A DNA stretch of 49,061 nt from a virus. Lineage: Duplodnaviria; Caudoviricetes. The position numbers and the translations under genes were made by a program. The stretch lies in IMG/VR virus record IMGVR_UViG_3300042983_000001, positions 1-49,061 of that record; one strand, given 5' to 3'. The notes beneath the pieces are model-generated. The model worked only from the letters and a program-made list of their open reading frames with translations, had not been told where the DNA came from and did no database searches. Below, in pieces: positions 1-9,177 of the stretch (position 1 is its first letter; each line of letters starts with the position of its first letter).

Positions 1-127
1 CGATTTCGTTGATTTCCCCGAGAAGCTTAAAGTGGATCTCTTCGCAGTCGGCATAGCCATTAGCGTCGAGAAGCTCGGGGATCATTGCTTTTAGCTTTGG
101 GACTAGGATGTCCCAGCTCTCTGCTTC
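1..127 (+). repeat. 127-bp terminal direct repeat, identical to 48935-49061 (circular assembly overlap)
   Basis: Exact identity by eye; the HicB-like ORF reads through the junction. Confidence 0.95.
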
Positions 128-223
128 GGTTACCAAGCCAGGAACATCCTCACTCGTAGCAACCCATACCTTTGCTTCGTCGTCCCACATTGCGTGGACG
201 ACTAAAGGTTTCGCTGCCGTCAT
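1..223 (-). CDS. hicB: HicB-like/DUF1902-type antitoxin, 80 aa, spanning the origin (continues to TAG at 48915-48917)
   Basis: Manual translation: MTAAKPLVVHAMWDDEAKVWVATSEDVPGLVTEAESWDILVPKLKAMIPELLDANG...; lies directly upstream of hicA; absent from the ORF track because it crosses the ends. Confidence 0.85.
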   Translation of the reverse strand, partial: MTAAKPLVVHAMWDDEAKVWVATSEDVPGLVTEAESWDILVPKLKAMIPELLDANGYADCEEIHFKLLGEINEI

Positions 224-529
224 GATTTGCCCCTTCTATGCGTCGCTTGTGCTTAACGCAATACTATCTATTGCGAGACAAAGTATAGGTTAAATTAGTT
301 CCTTTCAACAACTATATGAAATTACGGGCGGAGACCCAGGCGGGAGCGGCGAGCCAAGAATTGTGGCTTTTATGCGCCAATTGGAGCAAAGGGGCTTAGA
401 TACCAAAGACTTAACGGCGCGCCTGAATGATTGGTGTCTCTCGGACGCTTAGGCTTCGCCATGTTGCGATTTTAGCAATGCGTTGCCAGAACCGCACTTG
501 GCGTTACATTCAAACTGCGTCACTACCGG

Positions 530-1042
530 CTATTTCACCATCGCCTTGATCGTCTCGTCCTTGCCCTTGGACCCGGCTGAGCTGCCGAAGTAGTACGCGA
601 TCACCTGCTCAGCCTTGGCAGAGAGGTAGCCAATCAGCGCGCCGGCAAGCACGGAATCGACCTTGCTCCAGCCGGCCAGGGTTGTGATCACGACCCCGAC
701 AAATGCGCCTACAACGAGATATGCGAGGTTCCGGGTGGTCTTGTCACCTACTACTGCCTCCCGCTTCCTGGCTGAATCCCTGTCCCCTGCCGCGATCTTC
801 TCCAGATCCACGTCGAGCGCCTTCATGTCCTTCACGAACTGCTGGTCGGCCTGCTTGAGCTTCAGGAGATCTTCGGGCTTGGCGCCGGCTAGGGCTTGCT
901 GGATGCTCTCCTGCGTCGGCTCAGGAACTCCCAGGGCGTTGCCGATAGCGGTGACCGCCATGCCTGCCAGGGGTCCGCCGACAGCTGTAGCGAGTCCAGG
1001 CGCTACGGTGCGGAGCAAGGCCCTCCAGTCGAAATCAGCCAT
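530..1042 (-). CDS. Putative holin (3TM-holin-like)
   Basis: Hydrophobic segments; 'DRDSARKRE' and 'YYFGSS' motifs; overlaps the endolysin gene. Confidence 0.7.
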   Translation of the reverse strand: MADFDWRALLRTVAPGLATAVGGPLAGMAVTAIGNALGVPEPTQESIQQALAGAKPEDLLKLKQADQQFVKDMKALDVDLEKIAAGDRDSARKREAVVGDKTTRNLAYLVVGAFVGVVITTLAGWSKVDSVLAGALIGYLSAKAEQVIAYYFGSSAGSKGKDETIKAMVK

Positions 1043-1445
1043 CGCGCATCAGCTTAGCTAGGCGGACCGCTCGATTCCCAGTCTGCACCGCCCAGCGAGA
1101 ATTCATCATTTGATTCGCTGCCTCTTGGAAATCGTCGTGGTTCACGGCCTCAATCATCTTGTGGAAGGCCGAGAATCGAGCCATCCCGAGGTTGAAGGAC
1201 ATGTTGATAAGAGCGGCCTTCCGGTTATCCGATAGTGCGTCGAATGCCGGGAAAAGGCTTCGCGCATCGGATTCCGCATGCTGAATATCGTTGTCCAGCA
1301 TGAGGTCTATTTCGTCCGGCCTGAGTCCTTCTTCCAAGTTCCTGCCGACGCCTATTGTTTCTATGCCGAGCGAATCCTTATAGGGATGCGACCTGACACC
1401 TTCATCCGTACGAAGCTGCGACTTAACGAGTTCCAGGTAGCTCAT
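1035..1445 (-). CDS. Endolysin, GH24 phage lysozyme
   Basis: 'DEGVRSHPYKDSLGIETIGVGRNL' (E-x8-D-x5-T triad), 'NMSFNLG', 'SRWAVQTGNRA'; likely start ATG 1445. Confidence 0.9.
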   Translation of the reverse strand: MSYLELVKSQLRTDEGVRSHPYKDSLGIETIGVGRNLEEGLRPDEIDLMLDNDIQHAESDARSLFPAFDALSDNRKAALINMSFNLGMARFSAFHKMIEAVNHDDFQEAANQMMNSRWAVQTGNRAVRLAKLMRDG

Positions 1446-1627
1446 TCTGGTTTCTCCACGCACCGCTTCACCAACTCCGCGCAGTCCTCCGGCAATCCAA
1501 GCGCCTTCAGCGTCAGCCTGAGCACCTTTTCCCCGCTCATGTCCAGGCATGTCACGAGTTCACCGAATCGGGTGTAGGGGCCGCGTTTCTTCTCGAAGCC
1601 GAGTTTCCAGCGTTCAGCGTCGGTCAT
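1442..1627 (-). CDS. Small hypothetical protein in lysis cassette
   Basis: 61 aa; ATGA overlaps with both neighbours. Confidence 0.55.
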   Translation of the reverse strand: MTDAERWKLGFEKKRGPYTRFGELVTCLDMSGEKVLRLTLKALGLPEDCAELVKRCVEKPE

Positions 1628-2034
1628 CTGTTCTTTCGCTCCAGAATTTCCACTCTTCGCCGAAGCTCTGGAATCTCAACCCCGCGCTTGGACGCAAGAT
1701 CGGAAATATCAACTCGCCATTGCTGCAGCACCCGCACCTGATCGCGCATCTCAGCCAATTCCTTCGTCGATGTGACGGTCAATTTTTCCACCTGAATCGT
1801 GAGCAGCGTCACGTTATTCGCAAGCTTCGAAATAGCATCCGCATTGGCCTTGTTCGCCTCTTGCATGGCGCGTATATCGTTGTTTATGATCTCGCGCCCG
1901 CCCCACACTCCGATGAAAGCAGCAAAGAGTACGGAGCCGCCCTGGATTAGCGAGGCTTTAAAAGTGCCGTTCACCGCGCTATCCGCTTGCAAATGCCGGG
2001 CACTCGGCTCTCCCTGTCGGATATTTCCTGACAT
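1624..2034 (-). CDS. Membrane protein with one TM segment and a coiled coil (lysis accessory/holin-like)
   Basis: 'GSVLFAAFIGVWGG' TM segment followed by a heptad-rich tail; start uncertain. Confidence 0.5.
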   Translation of the reverse strand: MSGNIRQGEPSARHLQADSAVNGTFKASLIQGGSVLFAAFIGVWGGREIINNDIRAMQEANKANADAISKLANNVTLLTIQVEKLTVTSTKELAEMRDQVRVLQQWRVDISDLASKRGVEIPELRRRVEILERKNR

Positions 2035-2201
2035 GAGCCGGATTTGACATTGTGATAGGCTCTCCGTCCCTGAGTGGAGGAGGGGCCGTGTTTGCGTACG
2101 GCCGCCCCTATTTTTGGAGGAAACAACATGAAAACTGTCTTCGAATTCCTGCGCTGGTTTATTCCGAGGCACTGGCGACGCATGGTCAGGCGAGGCTGAG
2201 A

Positions 2202-2552
2202 ATGCGGGTCGCCGTTCTGCTGCTCGCGCTCTCCGGGTTCGCTCATGCGGACGACTGGACGCGAACCGATACTGCCCGGCAAGCTGCCTACACGGTTTTG
2301 CACCTCGCCGACTGGGCGCAGACCCGGTACATCGCGACCCACGCTAATTTTAGCGAGACAAATGTCATGCTCGAAGAGCGGCCGTCGCTTGGGCGAGTCA
2401 ACAATTATTTCGCCGCAACCCTGATCGGTCATTACGCAATTTCCGCCATGCTCCCTGCTAAATATCGCCCGACTTGGCAATACGGGACTATCACGATTGA
2501 GGCTTATTGCGTTCTGCATAATAGGGCTATAGGGATAGGAATGCAGTTTTAA
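2202..2552 (+). CDS. Moron: exported/membrane protein with signal peptide
   Basis: MRVAVLLLALSGFAHA|DDW signal peptide; opposite strand to the late operon. Confidence 0.7.
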   Translation: MRVAVLLLALSGFAHADDWTRTDTARQAAYTVLHLADWAQTRYIATHANFSETNVMLEERPSLGRVNNYFAATLIGHYAISAMLPAKYRPTWQYGTITIEAYCVLHNRAIGIGMQF

Positions 2553-4057
2553 CCTGCCGGTAGTAACAGTTTTTCCATTCTGGAAAGGCGCTGCTCCATC
2601 GAGGCCGCCTTCTCGGAAATCTGTCTGACCGCCCCGGTCAGCAGCATCGTCAGTTTCGACATATTGACGAAGTGGTGGCCGTCTTCGTTGAATGTTACAA
2701 GCCGAAGCTCCTCTAGCCGCTTGCGGTTGAAGCCAAGGAATTCCCCGAAATTCTGCTTGATCGGATCGCCATCACGAGACACGTGCACAGAAAGAGCAGT
2801 GAGCAGCGCCACGTCCTCGTGATCGTCGAAGTTCGTCCAGGCTGTTCCTACGTCCTGGTGCGAATCGCCGTCGGCGTCGAGGATAAATCTAGTGGTCGTG
2901 TCCGTTGCGACCACGACCAAGTTTGTGTTTGCTCCGTTGACGCCAGTACCACTTCCTGATCTCAACAACGCGGTCAGACCTATCGCCCCATTTGCGCTTG
3001 TGCTTTTTGTTGCGTCGTCGGTCACATGAGCGCCACTAATTTCTATTCCCTTCGTTCCGGCACTGAATCCTGACAGGATCGCCCCTCCGTTCGCCGCTAT
3101 TCGCTTCTTAATTAATAAATAGGTATCCGTTTCCGTGGCGCCTGTCATCCCGTGCGCTACGTCACTCGACTTGAGCGACAGAATCTCATCGTCGGCTGCG
3201 CCCTGATTGAGAGTCAACCCTTTTGTATTATTGGCGTTCGATGTATCGCCAACCATGAACGCGCCCGCCTCTAGCCTCGCCCCCTCAGCGATTGCGTTGA
3301 CCCCGGTCCGGTAGAACAGGGCTACATACTCACCGCGCAGGTTGAGCTGCTCATAGTCGGTCACCCCGGCATTCACCGCATCCACTGAGAAGCCAGAGCC
3401 AGAGGGTTCGGGCTGGAGGCGCAACCTATCGCGGCCTGCGTCAACAAGCACCACGAGCCCGGAGCCGATACTGGCGATGACCGGTACGGACGGATTGGTC
3501 GCGGAGAGCAGGGCATAGCTCACCGCTGAAAGCCCCGAGTCCAGGACGCCGGAGTCGTTCACTACGGTGATCGTGGTGAGCGTGGTAAATGCAGACGCCG
3601 AGATTCGGCTATAAATTGTCCCGCCTGAATTCGTGGTCTTTACTCTTCGCCCGACATGGAAGATAGTTGTCTGATCGCCAGCGAGCGAGAACGACGTGGT
3701 CGAGATGAAGGTGGGCGTCGGCCCCGCGACCCATTGATCGATTGCCGAGGTCGTATCGTTCACGCCAGTTACAACGTCTATCACACGCACAGACGTTACC
3801 GGCGGATCGCTGTCTGTCGGAGTCGTCAGGTAGAGCTTATAATTGACCCCAGTCGTCAGCCATATCGGTGCCGGCGGCTCTCCACGAGAGTTCAGGACGA
3901 TGGGGTTTGTATGCGGCGTAAGGCCGGCAGAGTCCTGGTAAGCAGTCTGCTTTGTCGTGGAGCCGGACACGTAGGTGAACAGTTGCGCGCCGACATATGG
4001 ATTCCCGCTCGAATCCAGGATCGGGCCTTGAAACACTGGGCTTAACTTCACTGCCAT
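2549..4057 (-). CDS. Tail fibre/spike with N-terminal virion-binding domain and C-terminal chaperone-like coiled coil
   Basis: 'DSSGNPYVGAQLFTY...HTNPIVLNSRGE' resembles P22-like head-binding N-termini; G/T/S-rich body; C-terminal 'VNMSKLTMLLTGAVRQI'. Confidence 0.8.
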   Translation of the reverse strand: MAVKLSPVFQGPILDSSGNPYVGAQLFTYVSGSTTKQTAYQDSAGLTPHTNPIVLNSRGEPPAPIWLTTGVNYKLYLTTPTDSDPPVTSVRVIDVVTGVNDTTSAIDQWVAGPTPTFISTTSFSLAGDQTTIFHVGRRVKTTNSGGTIYSRISASAFTTLTTITVVNDSGVLDSGLSAVSYALLSATNPSVPVIASIGSGLVVLVDAGRDRLRLQPEPSGSGFSVDAVNAGVTDYEQLNLRGEYVALFYRTGVNAIAEGARLEAGAFMVGDTSNANNTKGLTLNQGAADDEILSLKSSDVAHGMTGATETDTYLLIKKRIAANGGAILSGFSAGTKGIEISGAHVTDDATKSTSANGAIGLTALLRSGSGTGVNGANTNLVVVATDTTTRFILDADGDSHQDVGTAWTNFDDHEDVALLTALSVHVSRDGDPIKQNFGEFLGFNRKRLEELRLVTFNEDGHHFVNMSKLTMLLTGAVRQISEKAASMEQRLSRMEKLLLPAG

Positions 4058-4070
4058 TTAGTGGCTCCAG

Positions 4071-4100
4071 AAATGAAAAAACCCGCTCAAACTGCGGGTT
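4071..4100 (-). terminator. Rho-independent terminator
   Basis: Minus strand AACCCGC-AGTTTGA-GCGGGTT followed by TTTTCATTT. Confidence 0.7.
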
Positions 4101-4101
4101 C

Positions 4102-4130
4102 TTGAAAATGCAATAAATTAGGCGTAGGCT
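4102..4130 (+). promoter_or_regulatory. Sigma70-like promoter for the lipoprotein moron
   Basis: TTGAAA-N17-TAGGCT. Confidence 0.55.
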
Positions 4131-4157
4131 TCTTCGCCCGCGCGCCCATACATAATC

Positions 4158-4409
4158 TTGCTGCTACTAGTCGGTTGTGCCAGTACCGGGGTAATTCATA
4201 CTGGGCCTGGCACCTACATGATTGCCAAAACTGGCGCAGCACCAGGAACTTCAGGGGCTGAAGTAACCGCCGATCTTTACCGCGAAGCGAATGCGTTCTG
4301 CTCGAATCAGAAAAAGCAGTTAGTAACCGTCAACGTCATAGCGTTAGATCACAAACCCTTTGTACGACTTGCGAATTCACAACTAGAATTTCGTTGCGTA
4401 GAGAAGTGA
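4158..4409 (+). CDS. Small lipoprotein moron (possible superinfection exclusion)
   Basis: Lipobox LVGC followed by ASTG; antisense to the late genes; the natural start may be 4140 (now GCG). Confidence 0.7.
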   Translation: MLLLVGCASTGVIHTGPGTYMIAKTGAAPGTSGAEVTADLYREANAFCSNQKKQLVTVNVIALDHKPFVRLANSQLEFRCVEK

Positions 4410-4411
4410 CG

Positions 4412-5971
4412 TTACTTCTGCTGTCCCTCGGACATCTCCGTTATTGGCACAAACGGATTCCTTTGCGCCCCCCCAGCCATGCGCAACCGAGAAAGAGCTG
4501 TAGGTCCGTAGCCAGGAGGATTAGCCATTGATGCTTGGTATGGCTTGGACAGGATTGCAGACCTTACCAAGGGCCTGCCAGCAAGAAGTGCTAGGCCGGC
4601 CGGGTTGTGGAGAATGGCCGAGGTTGCGCCGGCAAGACCGACATCAAGGGCGCTTAGAGGAACACCGCCTACACGCTCAGGCTTCTGAGCCGCTTTCGGA
4701 AATTGCTCGCCGAACTCGGCTGCAGTACGCAATTCTCCGGTCAACGGTTTTCTCGTGAGTTCACGCCCCAATCCAACAGCGTCAACATTTCCATCAGGCT
4801 TGAGATGCTTTTGGACTGTGTAGCTCTTGGCGATGACCTCTCGCGCCTTCTGGAAATCGGCCAGCATTTCAGGCGAAGCGCCAGACTTTTCAAGGTGCCG
4901 CCCCAGTTGTTCTTCTAAGGCGTTCGCGATGCCTTTGTAGGTTCCGCCAAGTTTTGTATCTCCGTTGCGATAAGCTTTGTCGGCGTCTTTGCGAAGAATG
5001 CTAATTTGATCTATTGCCGAGCTTGCATCGAAGGACTTGACGCGTACCGCTTCAATAGCGTTTAAGACTTCGGTCTGAGCAGCTTTCGGGAAATCCTTGG
5101 CAGCGTTAAGATAAGGTTCAGCAATCGAATCGAGAGCTTTACCAAAAGCTTCATCAGCAGTAACAGTCCCAGCACTTCGGACACGCTCATATGCAGATCC
5201 GGCCTCTTTTCTGACCTTCTGGAGGGAGTCTACATTCAAAGGCGCGTCTTCCGCTATCCCGAGAGCTTTACGAACAAGACCGTTCGTCACTTCCTGGTTC
5301 TTGATAGATGCGGTTTGTGCGGTCTTGATTTTGCCGGCAACGCCTTCCGCAATCTGATTCAGAATGCTCGGATTGGCTTGGGTCGGAGGCACGACATAAC
5401 CCGCTTCTTTGGCCTTTACAGTTCCGGCGTCGTATTGCTCACTGGCTCGTTTCAAGGCGGTACGTTTTGCCAAAGCCGAAGCGCCCTCGCCCACAGGGGC
5501 GACTCTTCCAAGAGCGAGCGGAACCGATTGGAGCGCCATATTTACACCGGCTCCCGCAGCAGGACTCCCGGTCTTTTCCGCAGTGGCAGCTCCGGCAGTG
5601 TCAGCCGCTTCTCCGAGCTTTTTGAACGGGTAGGTGACGGCAGCACTTATCCCCTTCCCCATTTCCGTCCTAGGCTCGTAGGTGAGTGCGTCCTGCGTAT
5701 TGCGTACCCACTCGGCACCCTGCCCAGGTGGGCCAGGAAGAGCCGCCCCGGCTAAACCAGCAAGACCCGAAACAGGCCCGGCTATCGCTCCAGATCCAAG
5801 AGCTAGGCCGGCGTCGATAATGCCGGCCGTAGGTCTCCTGTCTATCGCCGTTTTGATCGGGTCGTATTTTGCCTCATCGCTGCCGCCATATTTCTTCGCC
5901 AGCGCGTCGTAATCGACGCGATCCTTTCCGCCGTACTTTGACGCCAGCGCGTCATAATCAACGCCATTCAT
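4412..5971 (-). CDS. DNA ejection/internal virion protein (P22 gp16-like position)
   Basis: 519 aa, Ala/Gly-rich and helical; last of three genes after the tail genes; N-terminal 'DYDALA.KYGG' repeat. Confidence 0.65.
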   Translation of the reverse strand: MNGVDYDALASKYGGKDRVDYDALAKKYGGSDEAKYDPIKTAIDRRPTAGIIDAGLALGSGAIAGPVSGLAGLAGAALPGPPGQGAEWVRNTQDALTYEPRTEMGKGISAAVTYPFKKLGEAADTAGAATAEKTGSPAAGAGVNMALQSVPLALGRVAPVGEGASALAKRTALKRASEQYDAGTVKAKEAGYVVPPTQANPSILNQIAEGVAGKIKTAQTASIKNQEVTNGLVRKALGIAEDAPLNVDSLQKVRKEAGSAYERVRSAGTVTADEAFGKALDSIAEPYLNAAKDFPKAAQTEVLNAIEAVRVKSFDASSAIDQISILRKDADKAYRNGDTKLGGTYKGIANALEEQLGRHLEKSGASPEMLADFQKAREVIAKSYTVQKHLKPDGNVDAVGLGRELTRKPLTGELRTAAEFGEQFPKAAQKPERVGGVPLSALDVGLAGATSAILHNPAGLALLAGRPLVRSAILSKPYQASMANPPGYGPTALSRLRMAGGAQRNPFVPITEMSEGQQK

Positions 5972-7356
5972 AGCCCCGCCGCCTCTTTGAATCTCTGTGC
6001 AGCGGCCGGCGTCGGGAAGGTCTTCACCCTGCCATCAGGCAAAGCGACTTGCCGGTCATTTGTCGCCGACTTCTTGGGGTGAGCCGCAGCCCGTCCTGCT
6101 TCGGAAAGGTACTTTGTGTCGAAGTCGTCCTTTCCGGTAGTAGCCTTGTATTGATCTCGCAGGCCGTTCAATTGGCCGCGCATCAACTCCTTGTAGGTAT
6201 TGATTACCCCCTTTAACTGCGCCGGGCTATTTGCTGAAGAAATGGTTTTCGCCGCTTCTTCGCGATCTGTAACACCACCGCCACTTCCGACGATGGCCTT
6301 TACAATCTCGTCGCCGACGATCTTCTTAGCTGCGGCAAACTCAGTAGGGGCAGCCTTTCCGGTCTGCTCGGCATAAGCATTGCCGAGCTTGTTTATTAGC
6401 TGCGTGTCCTTGTTGTTCAAGGCATCCGCAAGCTGCTCAAGCGTGTCCAAGTGAGATAATGCGACGTTGAACGAACGCACTGAATTTCCCTGCTTGCCAC
6501 TAGCGAAGTCTTTCTCTGCTTTCTGTCGAGTGCCAAATTGCGTAGGATCGAACTGCGGGTTTATCTCGGTGACTCTCGCCATGATTTGACGCCCCTGCGG
6601 CCTGGCGAGGGCAAATCCGCTTAAAGGCGCGAGCGTGCCGTTCGCGATAGCCTGCGCAGTGGTTTCAACAGTCTGAGGATCGCCTTCGGAAGCAAGGTTG
6701 TGTCGCTTGGTCTCTGCATGGGCTTCGGCCTGACCAGGTGGAACCGTCTTCGGAATCGGCTGCGCCCCAGCAAGGGGTCCGACAGGCCCCGCCATTGGAT
6801 TTGTCTGCATCGGAGTAATAGCCCCTCCTGTGTCCGTCATGTGGACACTAGGAGCTTGCATCTTCAGATATTGAATCGCCTCTTTCGCCATTCCAATACC
6901 GGAAAAATTCTTATCCGGGTCGAACTGGTCTGGCATCTTTTTCCCATGCTCAGCCCATTTCTGACGGACTTGATCATATACAGGCTGAATTTTCGCAATC
7001 GCCGCATTCTTGTCATTACCAGATTGCTGTAATGCTTGTTTCCAGGCGCTATCGAGCATCATCGCATCAGAGCCGATGGCTTCATAGAGCTTCAACTCGC
7101 GGTCTAAGTCCTCTTTCTTCAGTTTCGACGCCTGTCCCTGCAATGCCATTGCGGGTTGATAATGCCCCTTCGCCATTAGGGCTTGTGACATCTTTTCCGG
7201 GTCGCCGCCAGTAGAGGCGGCAATGTCAGAAACATCCTGATCCATCGTGTACTGTCTTTTAGCATGCGTATAGGCTAGGGCCTTCGATGCCGAGTCTAGC
7301 GGGCTCTCCATCGTGAACGGACGGATGTTGCTGTAAATCGAGGTATCGACAGGCAT
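5968..7356 (-). CDS. DNA ejection protein (P22 gp20-like position)
   Basis: 462 aa, helical, Q/A/K-rich; synteny. Confidence 0.6.
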   Translation of the reverse strand: MPVDTSIYSNIRPFTMESPLDSASKALAYTHAKRQYTMDQDVSDIAASTGGDPEKMSQALMAKGHYQPAMALQGQASKLKKEDLDRELKLYEAIGSDAMMLDSAWKQALQQSGNDKNAAIAKIQPVYDQVRQKWAEHGKKMPDQFDPDKNFSGIGMAKEAIQYLKMQAPSVHMTDTGGAITPMQTNPMAGPVGPLAGAQPIPKTVPPGQAEAHAETKRHNLASEGDPQTVETTAQAIANGTLAPLSGFALARPQGRQIMARVTEINPQFDPTQFGTRQKAEKDFASGKQGNSVRSFNVALSHLDTLEQLADALNNKDTQLINKLGNAYAEQTGKAAPTEFAAAKKIVGDEIVKAIVGSGGGVTDREEAAKTISSANSPAQLKGVINTYKELMRGQLNGLRDQYKATTGKDDFDTKYLSEAGRAAAHPKKSATNDRQVALPDGRVKTFPTPAAAQRFKEAAGL

Positions 7357-8321
7357 CAGGTGTAGAAATCAGAGGTGGAATTGCCGGATACTGAGTTAGA
7401 GCGATTGTTCAACTGGTCCATGTAATAGCGTTGCTGGTACATATTGCCGAGGTTGTTCAACGCTCCAGAATAAGCATTAGACCCGGCAATAGAGGCAGCC
7501 CCTCTCGCATTCGCCGAGCCGATAAGGTTGTTGCCGATCTGATTGGAAGCATTCGCCCCGAGCTGAGCAGTGGTGGTGGTCGCGGCTTGGCCTATCCCAG
7601 AAACTGCGGCAAGCTTGTTAAATTCGTTCGCCTGATCCCCAACAAACCGCTGTTGAGAAGCGCCGGCCTGATTGCCGACATAGTCAGATGCGAATCGCTC
7701 AAGAGCTTTAATTGCACCGCCAGACTTAGACATTCCTCTAGCAGCGAACATCCTATTTACGCCCTTGGTGCCTTCATCAAGTCCGAATCTCATTGATGCC
7801 TGCACTACCGGGTCGTTCTGGAAGTCGTCCATGGTGAAACGGCGCAGCAAGTCGCCGCCACCGCCACCTACTCCAGGCTCACCAGGAGAAGTGGCAAGGC
7901 GATCGTTATAGCTCTTGACATAATCTGCGTAGCCCTGATCCGGGCCATTTTTTTGCAGTTCCCTTGCTATGAGATCATTTACGGATTGCGGATCGCCCTT
8001 TACGCCGATGTCGCCGAGATCAATAGTTTTATTGGTAGGATGATAGTCGCTTGCAATCCACTCCTCCTTGCTTTTCAATGGTTCGCCGGATATAGCAGTC
8101 GGAGATATTCCCATCCGTTGACGCAGTCTGTTAAGGCTGGCTTGCCCGGCATTTCGCCATGGCGCAAGGTCTTCGCGGCTTAGATCGAATTGCCGACGAG
8201 TTTCGGCCGTGGCTTCCTTGGAAGCATCAGCCTGATCCTTGGATGCATCTTTTGCTCCTTTTCCAGAAAGATAACCACCGATCAGAGTCCCAGCCCCAAT
8301 AGCAACATAGCCCCAGCTCAT
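7356..8321 (-). CDS. DNA transfer/pilot protein (P22 gp7-like)
   Basis: Hydrophobic Gly-rich N-terminus; 'DLAPWRNAGQ' and 'DPVVQ...G..GV....AARG' motifs. Confidence 0.75.
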   Translation of the reverse strand: MSWGYVAIGAGTLIGGYLSGKGAKDASKDQADASKEATAETRRQFDLSREDLAPWRNAGQASLNRLRQRMGISPTAISGEPLKSKEEWIASDYHPTNKTIDLGDIGVKGDPQSVNDLIARELQKNGPDQGYADYVKSYNDRLATSPGEPGVGGGGGDLLRRFTMDDFQNDPVVQASMRFGLDEGTKGVNRMFAARGMSKSGGAIKALERFASDYVGNQAGASQQRFVGDQANEFNKLAAVSGIGQAATTTTAQLGANASNQIGNNLIGSANARGAASIAGSNAYSGALNNLGNMYQQRYYMDQLNNRSNSVSGNSTSDFYT

Positions 8322-8809
8322 GATTTGTCCTCTATCAATGGGAACTCAGCGTAGTTTTTTGCAATGATGAATTCCTCTAACTTCTCCAAATCGGTTTCGT
8401 TTGTGGGATTGGCATGTATCGTCGTCCAAACGGTGTCTTCATGCACAAATACCGCCCGCTTAGTTCCTGCTGTAGATACCATCGTGATCGGCCCTACTAG
8501 TCGTTGACGGCCGTCCTTTGTAAGAACGGTTACGTCTCCGTACGAGATAAAGTTCACATGATCGTGTCTGTGAATCTTTCCAACGACTATTGTGCCTTTT
8601 GGTAAGAAAATCTCCCGCATGTACACGCCAGTGGCGAACGTATGTTTTAGCGGGAGGTCAATCTGCTCAATCCCGAGCCTCTCTAAAACACTGAGGATTT
8701 CTTTTTGCAACGCCTCAAGCGTTTCGCGTATTTGCGCCTCGCCTTTGGGCTCATGGAAGGATAGGATTTCTCCCTCTAGAACAGCCGGCAGGATGGCTTG
8801 TTCGGTCAT
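8318..8809 (-). CDS. Cupin-fold phage protein
   Basis: 'HTFATGVYMREIFLPKG...GKIHRHDH...GTKRAVFVHEDTVWTTIH'. Confidence 0.7.
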   Translation of the reverse strand: MTEQAILPAVLEGEILSFHEPKGEAQIRETLEALQKEILSVLERLGIEQIDLPLKHTFATGVYMREIFLPKGTIVVGKIHRHDHVNFISYGDVTVLTKDGRQRLVGPITMVSTAGTKRAVFVHEDTVWTTIHANPTNETDLEKLEEFIIAKNYAEFPLIEDKS

Positions 8810-9177
8810 TGTTGGAACACGATCACCGTATAGATTTGGGACGCCGGATCAATGGCTCCAGCTGAGTAGTTGGCTGCCCTGATCGTCGCCGTATCGTCAG
8901 CGGTTATGGTTCCGTCCAATATGATTCCGTTGACTGCAGTAGTCGGTCTGACCAAGACTGCATCGCCAATCCTGGCGCCGCTTATGGTTACCGTCGTTGT
9001 TGCCTGGGTCTGCGCGAGTATGTTTCCGAAGTCGTGAGTCTTTTTCACGGTCAAGGTCGTATGCCAGCCCGCCAAAGCCCGCATGACGGCTTGAAACCAG
9101 TTTCCCCATTCCGAAGTCCAAGTGGCGGTGTCGCCAGCGACACTCAATCCCTGGCGAAGCGGTACGGGAAATTTCAC
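8806..9177 (-). CDS. Small tail-associated structural protein
   Basis: Follows the gp10-like gene; beta-rich C-terminus. Confidence 0.55.
   Translation of the reverse strand: MKFPVPLRQGLSVAGDTATWTSEWGNWFQAVMRALAGWHTTLTVKKTHDFGNILAQTQATTTVTISGARIGDAVLVRPTTAVNGIILDGTITADDTATIRAANYSAGAIDPASQIYTVIVFQQ

Noticed and set aside
300-529. Possible ORF remnant between hicB and the holin
   Set aside because: No convincing start, RBS or recognisable motif.
2549-4057. Diversity-generating retroelement or invertible tail-fibre system
   Set aside because: No reverse transcriptase, invertase or duplicated template region noticed in the genome.
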